Shown: positions 1 to 14,389, numbered from the stretch's first letter. The stretch: 64,000 nucleotides of DNA from Camelus ferus (GCF_009834535.1 NC_045697.1:76634001-76698000); one strand, 5' to 3'. Numbers and translations are program-made. The notes: generated by a model not told the origin, from the sequence alone.

Positions 1-1503
1 TAATAATACAAAATGCAAGAAAAAAAATCTATTCCAGCTGCATACTCTACCAATGTTGCTATAACATATTTTTTTTTGAAGGGGGGGTACTTTAATTTTT
101 CATTTTACAATTCCTTCTGTATAATCCTGAGTCAGATTATAACTGAAAGATACATCTTTAGTTAGCAATGATTAAAACTTTAAAAAATGTGTGTTGTTTG
201 TTTGTTTAATGCTAGCATATATAGAGCTTTGGGCTAAATGTTGCATAAAAATTATCACTAGTCCTAGATTTGACATTAGGGCAAACTCTGAAAAATTCAG
301 ATTGAAAGTTTAAATAAAATAGAAATCCCAACTTTGTTTTGCTCTTTGATACTTTCTTCAGAGTCATCATTATTATAATATTTAAAAATAATCAGGAGAT
401 GATAAGAGTTTTGCACTGATAATATTATATTATATTTACCTGAAATGTGAATTAATGACTTACACGTTATAGAGGTTTTAATGTGTGTGACATGATCTAA
501 TTGGTGTGATTTAACCTATGCTCTAAGGCTTGTATCATTCATTCAATAAGTGAATACACATTAAGCACCCACTACATGCCTGATCTCTGTGAGGCATTTG
601 CTATCAAGAGGAATACTTCAGTACTTAGAGTACAGTACCCATGGGAAAAATTTTAAAAAAGTGGTCACCAGCGTTTTTAAGCATAAAATATGTGTATAAA
701 CTATATTCTGTTACCAATTTCATGTCACATTTTAAAAATGTAATCTATAATGTCTTTTGCTGACTTCTGTTTGCATTCAGTGAATAGACAGCATATTAAA
801 AGCTTGAAACTAAAACCTTCTATTTAATAATTTCAAAACATCTTTTTAGTTGTGGAAAGGAGACTAGATAAATTGTACGAAAGGTGAAAATCTCTTTTTG
901 TTAAAAGTAAAAAAAACTCGGAACAGCTGCAAAATACTGCTTCCATACTCTCCATGATTGCCCCAAGAACCTCATAAGAGGGCATTTCCAACACAAACGA
1001 CATACAACATGTAGACCACGATATGACTGATTAATGTCCGGAGCCACCGCACTGACCTCACGCTTTCAACAATGGCCAGCTGCACACCTGCCACCAACAA
1101 AGGGCTATGGTTTTTGGTATCAAAAAGAAAAAAAAAATTGGGGGAGGATTTTAAACAACCCTAAATTATAAAAACATTCGGGAGAAATGATGAAATAATC
1201 AGCACAGCACTTCTTTAAAGGGGAGGGTGATGGGAGAGACTTGTCAGCCTTAAAAGAGGAAGGTTGGCATGTATGTAATTGAAGGACAGGGCACTCGTGG
1301 CCTTGTTTGTTATGGGGTCTTCCTCTGACACAAGAGCAGACATCAGAGAAAACAAAACTGGGATGAGCTCTGCTCGAACACAATGCGTTTCCCAGTTATG
1401 GAAGTCTTAACTGTTATACAGTCACCGAGGAAACCAGAGTTTGCTCCTTAGGGTAGAAAGAAAAGTGAGATTGGCACTGAAATGGAAAGTTTTCTTTACT
1501 TAC

Positions 1504-1584
1504 TGGAAGGCCAAGGGGTCCTCTGTCACCCTTTTGACCTGGTTCACCTTTCAATCCTTTAACACCATTTAACCCTGGTTCACC
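1504..1584 (-). CDS. COL25A1: COL25A1 exon, 81 nt, GEPGLNGVKGLKGEPGQKGDRGPLGLP (probably a cassette exon)
   Basis: Nine perfect Gly-X-Y triplets; acceptor cttttgcatttag, donor gtaagt. Confidence 0.9.
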
Positions 1585-2754
1585 CTAAATGCAAAAGCAA
1601 ATGCCAATTTTGGTTGCTATCATGGGTGTTTCAACTGCGAGAGAAGAGAGCCAGTCTCTGAAATGGTTGCAGATTCCAGTTTTAGGTAACAGCAGAGTCA
1701 GGCTAGATTTGTCTTCCATCAGTTCAAAATTAATTTAAAATATTAAAAAAATGAGCAAACAAATTGACAAATAATGTTCTAGGAAGCAAAACTCCTGAGA
1801 AAAAGTGCTCCTCACAATCAAAATGTATACTGCTGAGTACCTGAATTTTTCAGTTCTATCTTAAGGAAACTGGTGGAATCCTACATTGTTCTGACCAAGC
1901 AAATCAAAGACAATCAGAGTGGAGGATGCTCAGGGAGGTTCAGCAGGAGAGACCCGCTCTGCTGGAATGGAAAACTGGAATATGCAGGACAGGTTATATA
2001 CAGATATTTTAAGCCTTTAAGCATTTTGCCCAGGGGAATGAGCCAAAAATGTAGCAGCTAATGTCTGAAGTAATGCCAGTTAGCGAATCCTCACTCACTG
2101 ACATTGCCAAGTCAGGTCCCTACATGGATTAATCAATAGAATACACAACAAATAGCCAATCCTAGAAGAGAATGTGAGAGAATGTGAAGATCCACAGGAC
2201 TTAAATGTGGTTTTACAAACTACATTTACAAATTGTCTGTCTGCCCAATATTAGAATAAAGGAGGTTTGAATTCAACTTAAGGTGACATTACAAACGTCC
2301 TGATAAGTGATCAAGTCTGCTGACTCTGATTTTTAAAAACCTAAGAATACAGGACACTCTCTTCTATCAGCAGCAGCAGAGAAATAGAGTTTTGTTCTCT
2401 TTTCAATTTTTAAGTACAGATGTTAATTTCATCAAGAAAATCTTGAAAGACTTGTGAAAGGAAGATGATTTCAGTCTCAAATGCCCTGTAGAGCCTTGCA
2501 TGTGGGGTCTGGAGGGGAGAGAGATTATGCTTACATGGCAGGAGGGACTGCTAACCTGGGCAGTATTTCCCCCCATTTGCCTGATGATGAAAGTCAATGT
2601 GGTACCTGTCAAAGAATCCAGGGTCCCACCTAGACCATAGCAGCACAGGAACGGGTATTTTTAATAAGCCTCTCAGGTGATTCTTCTCATCCAGAAATTT
2701 TTGGAAATCGTGAGCTAGACTTATCCGTGCAACCATCCTATATATTTGAACTTT

Positions 2755-2896
2755 GTTTTTTGTTTGTTTGTTTTTTTTGGGGGGGGAGGTAAATTAGGTT
2801 CATTTATTTATTTATTTTAATGGCAGTACTGGAGATTGAACCCAGGACCTCATGCATGCTAAGCACATGCTCTACCACTGAGATATACCCTCCCCC
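2755..2896 (-). mobile_element. tRNA-Ala-derived SINE, camelid vic-1-like
   Basis: Minus strand reads GGGGAGGGTATATCTCAGTGGTAGAGC...GGTTCAATCTCC (A and B boxes), then (TAAA)n, a C-run and an A-rich tail; TSD TTGAACTTT at 2746-2754 and 2897-2905. Confidence 0.88.
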
Positions 2897-3944
2897 TTGA
2901 ACTTTCAAAGGGGTCACAAAATAATAAACACATTGGCACGACCTAGTGGATTTTGGTGATAGGAAGTTTGCAATGCTGCCAAATGTGCTTTGGTCCATAA
3001 ACTATGATTGTGGGCATGTCACAGAACTAGTGCTGATGTGAGATTAAGGCCAAGGCTCAGTAATCAACTTCAGTTACCTGGTCTAAACGAGAGTTCTGGC
3101 TTGGCATGCATGTGGACTTTGATTCAGCAAGTGATCTTGAGATGATGGACAGGCATGGCAGCCTTGGGAAGCTATGAAACTTTTTGGTGAGGAGTCACAC
3201 ACTGACGGGAGTGGGCATTAATTGAGAAGGTGAGTTTATAAACAATCAGATTCAGCGGCAAAAATTTTAAATTTCTGCTCTGGTCCCTAAATTCACATCT
3301 CAGATCTATCATTTAACTAGCAGTGTAATTCAAGGCAAATAACTTAAATTTCCTGGGCCTATAGTTTATCGTCTATAAAAATCAAGGAACTAGCATAGGT
3401 AATCTTTGAGGTGTTTTCAACTTTATAATTCTCTGTGATCTATGGTTTAAGTAACAATTGAAGTTAAGTGCAGGCAAAACAGACCACTGCATTGTAGATA
3501 TCAAAAGGACCTTGGGCACCTATGAATCTAATGGTGATGGGGTAACTGAGCACAGTTTTGGTGGCTTTGATCTGAATCATTACAGTTAGTCTGGTCTTTA
3601 GTGGTGGAAGAACAGAGTCATGAACTCTTCCTTTTCTTGGATGAGTCACCTGCTTCACCTCGGAAAGGACACTCAGATTCCTGCAGTCAGACCAGTACCT
3701 CCATCACCCCTAAAGCTGGGTAGGCCAGGGGAATCCTCAGAGGAGAGAGGGGACTGCCTCTACACTTTCTGATTCTTAATGCCAACATTGCACTTATGTG
3801 TTCCCCCACCCCTCACCATTTAAATGCACCAACTCACTACTGAGGAGCTTTCAAGAGTCCTTGAACCTTGTCTAAAGCAGGCTTGAGGACTAGCTAAATT
3901 TTCCTGTTCAGAACAAAGCATCAAAACACAGGAAAACAACAACA

Positions 3945-4135
3945 ACTGACATTTAGTGGGTGTTTATTAACAGCTGCACCAAGTATTTTGCTAAGTGTTT
4001 TATAATCATATAGTCATTAAATAATCACAACGCTCTGAGGCAAGCCACCTTGTTGTATAAATGAAGGATCAGAGAGTGTAAGTATTCTGCCCCATGTGAT
4101 ACTGCCTGTCAGTGGTAAAGCTGACATTAGAACAT
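3945..4135 (-). mobile_element. Degenerate MIR SINE
   Basis: AAATGAAGGATCAGAGAGTGTAAGTATTCTGCCCATG resembles MIR core; boundaries approximate. Confidence 0.5.
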
Positions 4136-4845
4136 GGGTCCTCATCACATATGCTCACTGGAAGATGAAGCTCACCTTTCAGGGCTCATTTTAATCCTCC
4201 AAGATGTCCTCTTGGGCTACACAAAGGCAACAACAGGTGAAGACTATCTTCACAATACAAGCTGCACTACTTCTGACAAGGAAGGGCCAGTCTCCATAGT
4301 TCTCTTTTTAATCCAGAGTATGGAATACATGTGATGTAACCGTCTCTTCACTATAGCACACCTGATACACCCTACCCCATTCTAGACTAGTGACCTCTGG
4401 GGGAATAAAAAATTAAGACATGGGATACCGAAAGTGTTTAGACACAGCAGCGCTATATGACAAGTAAAAAGTATCAGTGAATAAAGTCTGAATATACAAC
4501 TAAAGACACCATATTAAGAAAGAGAATTTGGACTAGTCTGAGGCTCTCATCAGATTCACTTCCAAATGGTTGATTCTGAGTATATTATGATTAGTAACCT
4601 AAGAAACTCACTTGGTGACAAGAAAAAAAGGCAAAATGAGGACTAATTCATCTCCAGGTGATACTACTTAAATTTGTAGTAAGTCGTTTGTTGTTGTGAG
4701 ATTTAAACATCTGGATACTTAAAGGCTTAAAGATCATCAACATCACTTGACAAATAAATAAGACAGGACAGACATGCTTCCACCATGCTTCTCCATGATT
4801 AACAAGGAAACAGACATCAAACAATCAAGAGATTTGTTGAATTAC

Positions 4846-4872
4846 CTTTGGTCCTGGAAGTCCATGGGGTCC
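4846..4872 (-). CDS. COL25A1: COL25A1 exon, 27 nt, GPHGLPGPK
   Basis: Gly-X-Y; acceptor tttttcatttccag, donor gtaatt. Confidence 0.93.
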
Positions 4873-6961
4873 CTGGAAATGAAAAACACAACTTTAAATT
4901 AAGAATTGATTTGCTATTTCCCAGCAGAAGTGACTATCATACAGGGTAACAAAAGAGATGTAAAATAAGAATCTTTTTGTTTGTGCTGTAGTTAGAGATA
5001 GTTGATGTTAATACCTAGTGAAAGTTCCTTCCGACTCTTGGATTGTTCTGTAATAAGAAATTCATTAATTGCAATCCTTTCTGCTAAGTACCTATGAAAG
5101 GGGGGGGGCAATACGCCAGGGTTATATGTAAGGAAAAAAAAACCCGAAAAAAAAGTATTTGTGAGCCCCACTACTCCTATTTTTCAAATCTCTATTTAAA
5201 AAAAACTAGGTGGAATATGTGAGATACATTACAAATTTATATGAAATAGAGGTAGGTCTTAAAAGACAGAAGTTTGCCAAAGAAAGTTCCAAAGTTTAAG
5301 TACCAGTGAAGAGGAGACTTTTTCTACTACTAACTCCTGTAGACTCAAAGTGTTCAGGAATCTAAAGGAAGAGGAAATGAGGAGATGACAGTCAAGCTTG
5401 GAACTTTGTTGCATAGTTTCTTTAATTTAAGGCTAAGGAAAGGATTCTATACAGGGGCATCAAGCATTATTATTCATAATGCATTTATTTTCACAAAGAT
5501 GAATTCGTCAAGGCTCTTATAACAACCACCAATGGAAGGAAGTCATAATACATTCATGAGTCAGGGCCTTTCCCCTGCTTTTTGTGGAAAATCTAAATAT
5601 AGAGACTAATTAGCCAAACTGAATTAACTAAAGGTTACTGTGGATTGCTTTAAACTTTTCAAGTCATTTAAGTAAACTATTTGGAGATAGGAGTATTTAA
5701 ATACTCATCAGCAAAATCATATAACAGTAGGAAAAAGCTTTTTTATTTTTTTATCAAGGATTATGTAGATATTTGTTACATATGTCTACTTTGGAACAAT
5801 ATTTTCCCTTTACGTAAGTTGTGGATACACATTTTCAGGAAATGGCCATTTTATCAAGTATTCTTATTTTACTTTAGTAATGGTTTAAAATTTATTTAAA
5901 CTAGTTAATTTTATGATATAAATGGGTATAGCATTTTAAAATTTAACTTTCTAACTTAAAGTGGAGGGAGTATAAAAAAGCCAAAAGTATGCCATTTGCT
6001 TAATTCTTAAAGAACTGTTTAGTTTTAAGAAATAAGGTTAATTATAATTGTTTTGTGGTATGAAACAGAAATGGCAGTTAGTAAGAAACAGCTGACTGGG
6101 TCTGGGGCTATGCTCTGTGGTTTAGATGATTCCAGTGATGCTCCTTCTTGGACCACAAAAGGAGGAAAGAGTGACCCACAGTTTATTTAATCTCTGTGAT
6201 TGAAGTCACGTGATTAATTGAGATTGTCTTCTAGATGAATGTGACCCTAGAGGCTGTGTGACTTGTTCCCATCCTGGCCCAGTCAAAAGCATTTGAAGCA
6301 TTCTGCCTTCTACAAAGTTTTAGCTTTAACACAACTGCCATTAGGCAGACATTTGAAGAATTATGCTGGATTAGTGGCTACCTTCTTCACTGAACGTAAA
6401 TTCTATGAGGACATGGTGACCGTCTTCACTGATCACCAACAGATACTTGTGTAAACATTGTATTTACCGAAGTACGTACAAGTGAAAAGAAAAAGATCCA
6501 ACAATATATGTCATCTGTAGCAGTGAGCTTCAATTTTTATCATATTATTTTATAAATGTTCTTATTGAACATTTCATTAAAGGGTCTTCATCCTCAAAGT
6601 TGGTTAGAAACATTCATTAATGGCTACAGTTATTAACCTTGTTATGTTATGAATGGCCTAGAGTGGTGATTGGTTAAAACGATTTTCCAACGTTCATACT
6701 GGAAGGGTGGAGTAAAGCTTGCCAAATCTGTTTGTTTTTCTTCGACTTTCCTGTCACAAAACTACGCTCTCTCTTTCCAACGGATGTGTTTGGGGGAGTG
6801 AAAGTCAAAACTGTAAAATCAGAAAAGCGCCTCCTATCTTCTGCCCATCGCACAGAGAGTAGTACACAATACAAGCTGGCTGTTTTGAGGGGGTGTTCCT
6901 GTTTTCTCAGATAGCATGCTTTTAAATAAATGACTACAGTTTGGAGAGAAGGAAGACTTAC

Positions 6962-7012
6962 CATGGGGCCTGGTGGGCCATGGGGACCTGGTGGGCCTGG
7001 TGGGCCTATGAT
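6962..7012 (-). CDS. COL25A1: COL25A1 exon, 51 nt, IIGPPGPPGPHGPPGPM
   Basis: Seen in ORF 6674..7018; acceptor tttttcggacatgcag, donor gtaagt. Confidence 0.95.
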
Positions 7013-7644
7013 CTGCATGTCCGAAAAATAAACATGGATTTGGTTACTTCATTTAGATAAGGCAATTAGGCTTGAATCTCATGCTGGGGCTCTGCTAAGG
7101 CCATTAATCGTTGTAGAGGAAGATGGATACTGGAAGAAGTGATGCATTTGATTCTCTACATTTACAAATTCCTTGGTGAGAACAAAAAAAAACTTAAAAA
7201 AATACAGTTGTTCTACAAAAGCCAGAATAAATCAAAAGCACATTAAAAGAAAAGGAAGCAACTGATTACCAAGAAACGCTATAATGCTACCACCACCATT
7301 AAACTCTCAGATATTTCACTAAACAACAACAGGACTCTGGAGGGAAAAAGAACGTAGGTTCTACAGCCACAGAGCTCCATCCGCAAGCGGCGTGGGAAAA
7401 CCACTGATTTTCTCCTCAGGGTTAGACAGTCCTCTGAAAAATTGCTTCTAACTCAGACCTCAGAGACACTTTCATCTCTCGCTGTACAGGGCCGACAGAT
7501 ATTTCTTCTACAGTTTGACAGACCAAAAGGCTCATGGTCTTTCTACTGTTGATAAGCCATCTGGCATAGGCTGCCGCAGGTGAATAATAGGCCCATGTTA
7601 GAGTGTTTTGGGAACCATGCAAGTTCAGCCACCACAGGACTTAC

Positions 7645-7707
7645 GGAAGGACCCTGAGGACCTGGCAATCCCGAGTCGCCTTTTTCTCCTTTCATTCCAT
7701 TGGCACC
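7645..7707 (-). CDS. COL25A1: COL25A1 exon, 63 nt, GANGMKGEKGDSGLPGPQGPS
   Basis: Gly-X-Y; acceptor ttatttgtag, donor gtaagt. Confidence 0.95.
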
Positions 7708-8578
7708 CTACAAATAATCATCAAGAGGTGAGCTGGTCCAGTTACTTTCAAAGTGTAAGAAACAGCTGAATTTTCTCCACAAATCCATCATCCTCTTGAC
7801 ATTTTTATAAAATCATGCACATGATATGTTTTACCCCCTTGCATTTTAGCCTCAAACAGCAACCTTCCTCAGGTCCTGAGGATTGTGGGTGAGATGTGAA
7901 ATAAATTAAAAAGTGAATGAAAATTAAGCTATGCCTGATTGGTTAAACTTATACAAAGCTAAATATATCAGATTATTAATGTTATATTTTTAATAGTGGT
8001 GCTCACTTTAAAAAGCAAAGGTCACTCCCTTAACTTAATTTTCACTGACATTTGTTTATACATTTCCTTGTTTTAAAAAGTGATCTAGGGCAGTGACGTT
8101 TTCTACACTTTTTTCCCCTACATTTTTCTACATGTCCCTCTCCAAATTCTCAGTAAAAATTATGGAGAAAACCATAAAAACACCATCCCATAATATTGTA
8201 CACATAAGGGAACACTTTCCCAAGTAATTTGTTTTTTAATTATTTTACGTATTTTGGTTTTTTTAAATTATGGTTTATTTTTAAATGATCAGTTACCACC
8301 ACCTTATGCATACTAAGTTAATGGCCAACTATATTTATTTTGCTATCTTCTAGTGAAAATAATTGAGAAAAGCATAAAAGTTTATTTTATAATTTATTTG
8401 ATTGGATGCTTTAAAATTTGTCTTAGAGGCTTAGTTGTAGTAATTAACCAATACCTCAAATATTTAAAAATAAAAATATTACATGAACCATTAGATGTGA
8501 CCACAGCTAATAATACAATTATTTTCTGATTATTTAATTTATCTTAATATGAACACATCATAAAAAGTATAAACATAC

Positions 8579-8659
8579 CGGTAATCCAGGAAGTCCAATT
8601 CCTCCTTTTTCACCTGGCATACCTGGGTCCCCCGTGTCTCCCTTGGAGCCTTTGAGTCC
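8579..8659 (-). CDS. COL25A1: COL25A1 exon, 81 nt, GLKGSKGDTGDPGMPGEKGGIGLPGLP
   Basis: Gly-X-Y; acceptor tcatttttag, donor gtatgt. Confidence 0.95.
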
Positions 8660-10181
8660 CTAAAAATGATTCAGTTTGCATTTAAGAGTTATACTGACCA
8701 ATGATAGTTACATCCTAGGGAAAACAGATTTTCAGATCAATTTTGTCATTAGGTGGGTCCTATACAGATATGATTCTGATTTTCATTTTTAGGGGGAGTT
8801 ATCTCCCACAGCAGCCTTCTACATTGATCAATACTATTTCCCCTTATAAAGGAAGGGGTTACAGTCTATCACTTAGGCCATTTATGTATGAAAAACATGA
8901 ACTTAGGTGTTCATGTCATTTTTCTCAATTCTATATTTTTACCTGGCAGCTAATTCTATATCACCAGTCCTGAAAACAACTTATTGGATTTAATCCTCAA
9001 CAGAACAATACACATTTTGAACCCGGATCTAGCGTTATAATAACAAAGGTCCAAATAAATTTCTCCCATCTCCACCCACTAAGTCCACCCCGCATAAACG
9101 CAGGCAGAAATTCCAATCACTATCAGTTTCCCATGGTCCAATCTACAGATGGGTAGATCATTCACTGAACACAAAGGCTCAATTAATGCTTAGAAATACT
9201 TCCACTTTCCCACAGTGTTCTTATTTTGTTCTCATGACATCTCTATGAGGCGATCCAGGATGTAATTCTTTTTTCGTTTTACAGTGAGGAAATAGATGTA
9301 TGTGTATTCTGAATGCAAGCAAATCTGAATTTTGTGACACTAATACTGAGATTAATTTATATGGTTGAGCATTTTCATCCAAGGAGGCTCACTGCACTAT
9401 GACCAGATGGCCCATTCTTCAGCAGAGATGATCATAGCTATTTTAGTTCTAGATCTGGGGCTCCCTGGCTGCACTAACCTGTTCATCTTTTCTATACTAA
9501 AAACTACTCAAGGACAGGAGCATGTTCTTTCTTTTTACTTATGCATACTTCACAGCATCTACTTCAGAATCACCCACTAGGTGCATGAGTGGGTGGGTAG
9601 GTACCTAAATAGATAAGATGAATCTTAGGGTTAATCAGGCCCTGGTTGGTTTTAGGAAACCAGTGATAGTGATCAGCAGAATAGCCAACCCTCTGAAGAA
9701 GAAGAGCTTGTAAAGCCTATAGGAAAAAAATTAAGTTATTACATATGTAGGGACCATGTGGTATGTTAAATTATTCATAATGACTAACAGTGGGAAAGAT
9801 AATACACCCAGATTTTTACATGCTAATGTGATCTCTGATGGATACAGCAGATCATCTAAAGTCGTCTTCCTTTTTAACCACCACAACTTTATTTAGTGTG
9901 ACGTTATATGATTTCAACATACAGCTCTGATATTAAAGTAACCCTTCTCTTAAACTTAATCTCTTAAACTTAATTTTCTTATCTAATACTATCTCCTGAG
10001 GAGTATGTTTCACAAACCAGATCACGAATCTCCTTGATTTCTTACGATCTTCTTGATTTTAGCCATTTCTTGGGTAAATAATGGAAGCCCAGAAACATCA
10101 AATACCTTGAAACTAATCCTTGTGATTAGAATCTGAATTCTGAATACTGTCCATTATTCTCCTGATCAGATTTTTTTCTGC

Positions 10182-10362
10182 CAGGGGTGGGCAAACCACG
10201 GCTTACAGGCTAAATCTAGCCTGGGGATTATTTTTGTACAGCCTGAATGTTTAAAAAAATTTTAAAGTGGCATTAAAAAAATGGGATAGAGACTGTACAT
10301 GGCCTGCAAAGTCTAAAATGTTTACTATCTGTTCCTTTATAGAAGAAGTTTGCCAACCTCTG
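10182..10362. mobile_element. MER58A-like hAT-Charlie non-autonomous DNA transposon
   Basis: TIRs CAGGGGTGGGCAAAC / GTTTGCCAACCTCTG; typical 3' motif GGCCTGCAAAGTCTAAAATGTTTACTATCT. Confidence 0.75.
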
Positions 10363-10887
10363 TTATCCAGGGAAACCCTTGGAGATACTAACAAATTCTG
10401 CAAAGCTACAAGGGCCCTGCTTATTTCTGTCTTTTCTAATCTAGAAAATTAGGTGTAATCTTTATTTGGAAAAAGAAAACATTGTCAAAATAACCCATAT
10501 AAATAATATCTAATTTTGTAGAAACTATAGTCACGGATTTTAATCTTGAATTATTTGGATTCACTGAAATTAGGCTATCCTTACTTAATTGGTAATGATC
10601 CTTACAAGCCTATTAAAAATTCAGAGAGATGTCATTGGTAGATTGATGGGGAGTATTAAAACAAAATTAAAGCATCATATAGCTTGTATGTTTCGACAAA
10701 GAAAACAGATGTCTAATTCAAAACCAATTACTTTTTTAGAGTTAATGTAGTCTCTAGAAGGACAGAAAGTTAAAAAAAAGAAGAGGATACTATATATCAA
10801 TACTCATGCCATTTGGGCTTCAAACCTATAATCAAAGTAGTGATAACAATGATTCTTTAAGTGACAGTATATATTTTTCAGTATTAC

Positions 10888-10932
10888 CTGCTCTCCATCG
10901 ACTCCTGGGACTCCTGGAGATCCTGGCTCTCC
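10888..10932 (-). CDS. COL25A1: COL25A1 exon, 45 nt, GEPGSPGVPGVDGEQ
   Basis: Gly-X-Y; acceptor ttttatcttaacag, donor gtaata. Confidence 0.94.
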
Positions 10933-13900
10933 CTGTTAAGATAAAAATTGATAGTAGCTTCTATTTATTATTGGGAGCATAGCATGCTAGACAAAAATGA
11001 TGCTAGTTGGTAACAGTACAATTTAACTTTTAGCAAATGCAACATAGCCCAAGAGTGCATTATTACATCATGTCAAATAGCTATAAAAAGTGAAATAACA
11101 TTTTTTGAATATCATATATAATACTACTTGTATGTAGCTAAGATCCAGTGTTTTTATTTTTTCCCCATGTGAGATGCAGGCTATAAAAAAAACTGGTAAA
11201 AAAAACTGATATCATTTGATGCCTGACCATATCCTATAGCAATAACCTATATTCCTCAGTCAGTTTTTTTCTCCTTAAAAAAAAATCTATATGATTTCTC
11301 TTATTTTCAAATTTGAGAAAAAAGCAAAACATGACAAATTAACTTTAAGGAAGAATAAAATGCAAAGCCCCATAAGTTTATAATATTTTAACTGCCATCA
11401 TTTGAACAGTAAATACAAATTCATGATTGTGAATGTGCTATTTCCAGACAAGCCTCACTGAAGGAAATAATAAATCAGATAATATCTTAATCCTCATAAA
11501 ATTACTTTTGGATCAATTCAATTTCCTATACTATGCTAGGAATGAACTAAATTTACTATTAATATAATGATTTATTAGAACCCTTGACAAACCCAAAATA
11601 TACGGATTTATTTTTTCTTAACTGAAGATGTTCCACTGAAAACAAATTTAAACAATGTGCTAGAGATTTACTCAAACAACGAATGTCTAATTACCTTTCG
11701 GTCAGAAAGGTACTGAACAAACCAATTGCTTGAAAGGCAAGATATTATTTTATATCAATGAGTCATGTGTAGATCCCTATTATAAACATTTTTGCTTCTC
11801 ACCCTATGGAAACTTAGCAAAAACAGGTCTTTTGAGTGTGAATGGCCTGCCCCACAGACAGATTTCCAAGGGAGCTGACTTGAGGCTGCATTTTTCTAGA
11901 AGGGCTTGCTTGATGACGTTATAAACCACAATATTGAAATGGCTAGAGCTCCTTTCCTTGGTAAAAACTTTAAGAACTATTGGTCACAATGAAATTTGAG
12001 CCTTCCAAATGTTAAAGGAAGGCATGAGAAACAAATGAAAAAAAGAAAAAAAAAACCTTTTTAAAATTCCAGATTTCCTGCTCTTTGTGGGAACGACAAC
12101 GTTTATTTTGTCACAAACAAGTCTGCTGAGGTTGGATGAAACTGGCTAAGCCTTAGGCTCATTCAGTATGAATACTTGTAAGCACTCTGGGTCCAATAAT
12201 AGTTGCTTAAGTTTATACCTTCAAAATGTGACCCACAAATGTTTTAAAGAAAAATATAATTCATGAGTTATTCATTTATCCTTCACCCACCAAAAATATT
12301 GTTAAGAGTCATTTGATGTATAAGAAGTCAAGCAGTCCTTGTTTGATAAAGGAAGGAGCAACTGCTAATTGAAAAGGTGCCCATTCAGTCTGAGGCTGGG
12401 AGTCCGGAGGGAGACTGGGTTTTATATTTGACTCTCGCTGCATCTGCTGACTCCTGGTCACATCTTACCTTGATTATCTCAACCTTCTCAAGGAGTGATC
12501 ATGGAAAGCATAAAGGACTATACCAACTGACCCAAGATCTCAATTACACGGTCACTGCAGGGGTGTGAGGTGGGGTAGACTGATGGCACAGTGGGAAGTG
12601 GCAGGGGTAAGAGGTGAGGTAGTGGGACTAAGCCCCTCCTCCCACCCCTTTTGTCTAGACATTCATTTGGCCAATTACCCCCTGCTTCTCAGTTTCAGCT
12701 CAGTCATCCTTAACCCCAAGACTGAGAGAAGCTTCCATATGCATCTTAACCAAAGCACTCACTCTATTCATTAATAATTATGCGTTTGCTTGCCTTTCTC
12801 CCTCTGTAGGCTGAAAGCTCCTTGTTGAAATGCTTTACTATTTCCTAGTATCTTTACTAGATATAATACTTATCATGAAATAGAGACCCACAAATTAATT
12901 ATTGATAAATAGAATTAATAAGTGAATAGCAATTGCATTATAAAACACAGGGGATGCAGGTTTTAATGATACAGCCTTCTTGGCTAGGTAGTCCTTCTTG
13001 CCTCTTTTGGCTCAAGTGTCTTTTGGATTTCTGTAGGCCTTTGGGCTGCAAAGAAGAGTCAAGTCCCCAAAGTTTTTGAGGTTTGTACTGAAAAAGGTAC
13101 ATATTTAGCATTGAGGACAATTTTGGTTCTGGAGACTTAGTCCAGTGAGTGGGAAAAAGCAAGGAACTTATGTCTTGGTTGACTCCACACAGAAGAAAAA
13201 GGAATCTGCAGATTTCCTTCTGGGTTTTCTAGCCCAGCTGACCAAGATATTAAAGAATAAGGATCCAGGCCAACTTGCTTGCCAAGAATAAAGACTGCAT
13301 TTGAATGGAGCATCTTTTGGGTTATATCTCTCAGGGACTAGAATTTGGTGGAGAAATAGAAAGTAAAAAAATTCCCCCAAACTTACATTAATGCTGCACA
13401 TGAAATGTGTCTGAATTAGAGTCTATGTTCTAAATATATCTCTAAATATAGCTGAAGACCTCAGTAACATTCTACTATACATTCTTTTTTATAACAGAAA
13501 AATACTTGTTTCTATATGCTAGCATTCTATTTTAAGTATCTTGAAAGAGAAAGGTACAAAAGCTGGTGTGTGTTTGTGTGTGTGATAGACTTGGCAAATA
13601 AACTGCTATAAGAGACATAAACAAAAGATGGATTTCAACACTATTTGAATCACCTACAAAAAAACCCCATGATGAAAGTCATATTTCAACACGTGTAGCT
13701 CTGAAAAGCCAGTCACTGGCCATGTGTTACTTGATCAAGCGTGGTTGAATAATCTTTAGTTTGGAGAGATAAAGTTAATGCAACCAACAAACTTTAGATA
13801 TACTCAAGTAATTCTAAGTTTCTACTGTTCAGTGTTTTTATGTTTTATTAGATGAAATTTAAATTGTGGAATAGTTGAATGTATGTAACAGGATGTGTTA

Positions 13901-14389
13901 TAAAAATGACTGAAAATGTTTCCTAAAATTGTCATTTGTGAATGCATCATGCTAAGGCTTTTCTTTTCTTTTCTTTTCTTTTTTAATTACAAAAGAATTG
14001 AAAGAAAGGGTCTTTTTAGTGTCAGAGTAAATTTTCCTTCAATCCTCCTCTATTTAAGTATTTTCCTTTTTCCATACACCACCTTTAGTGTTTCTTTACC
14101 TTTATGATTTCTGTGAAACTTGTTTTTCCCTTGTTTAATATTCTGTTTTCCTCTCTCTAAATTTAATGCCATTTCTATTTCCCTCCCTTCTTCCCTAATT
14201 TTTCTTTTTTTCTGAATCCCTCTTCCTTCAGCCCAGACCTCAATTTCTATTCTAAGCTCTTTTAAGCAATATTGGTGATTTCAGCTCCTTCAGTATTTTA
14301 TAAGATTGATTTTTCAAAGACACATACATTTAATATGGAATTCTCTGCACCATATGTTGTAAATGGAAACAAGTAAAATAAAGAATAAC

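Noticed and set aside
3490..3525. GAQGPF collagen-like stub after ttcatag on minus strand
   Set aside because: Only two triplets, wrong phase relative to the AG, poor pyrimidine tract and no suitable donor
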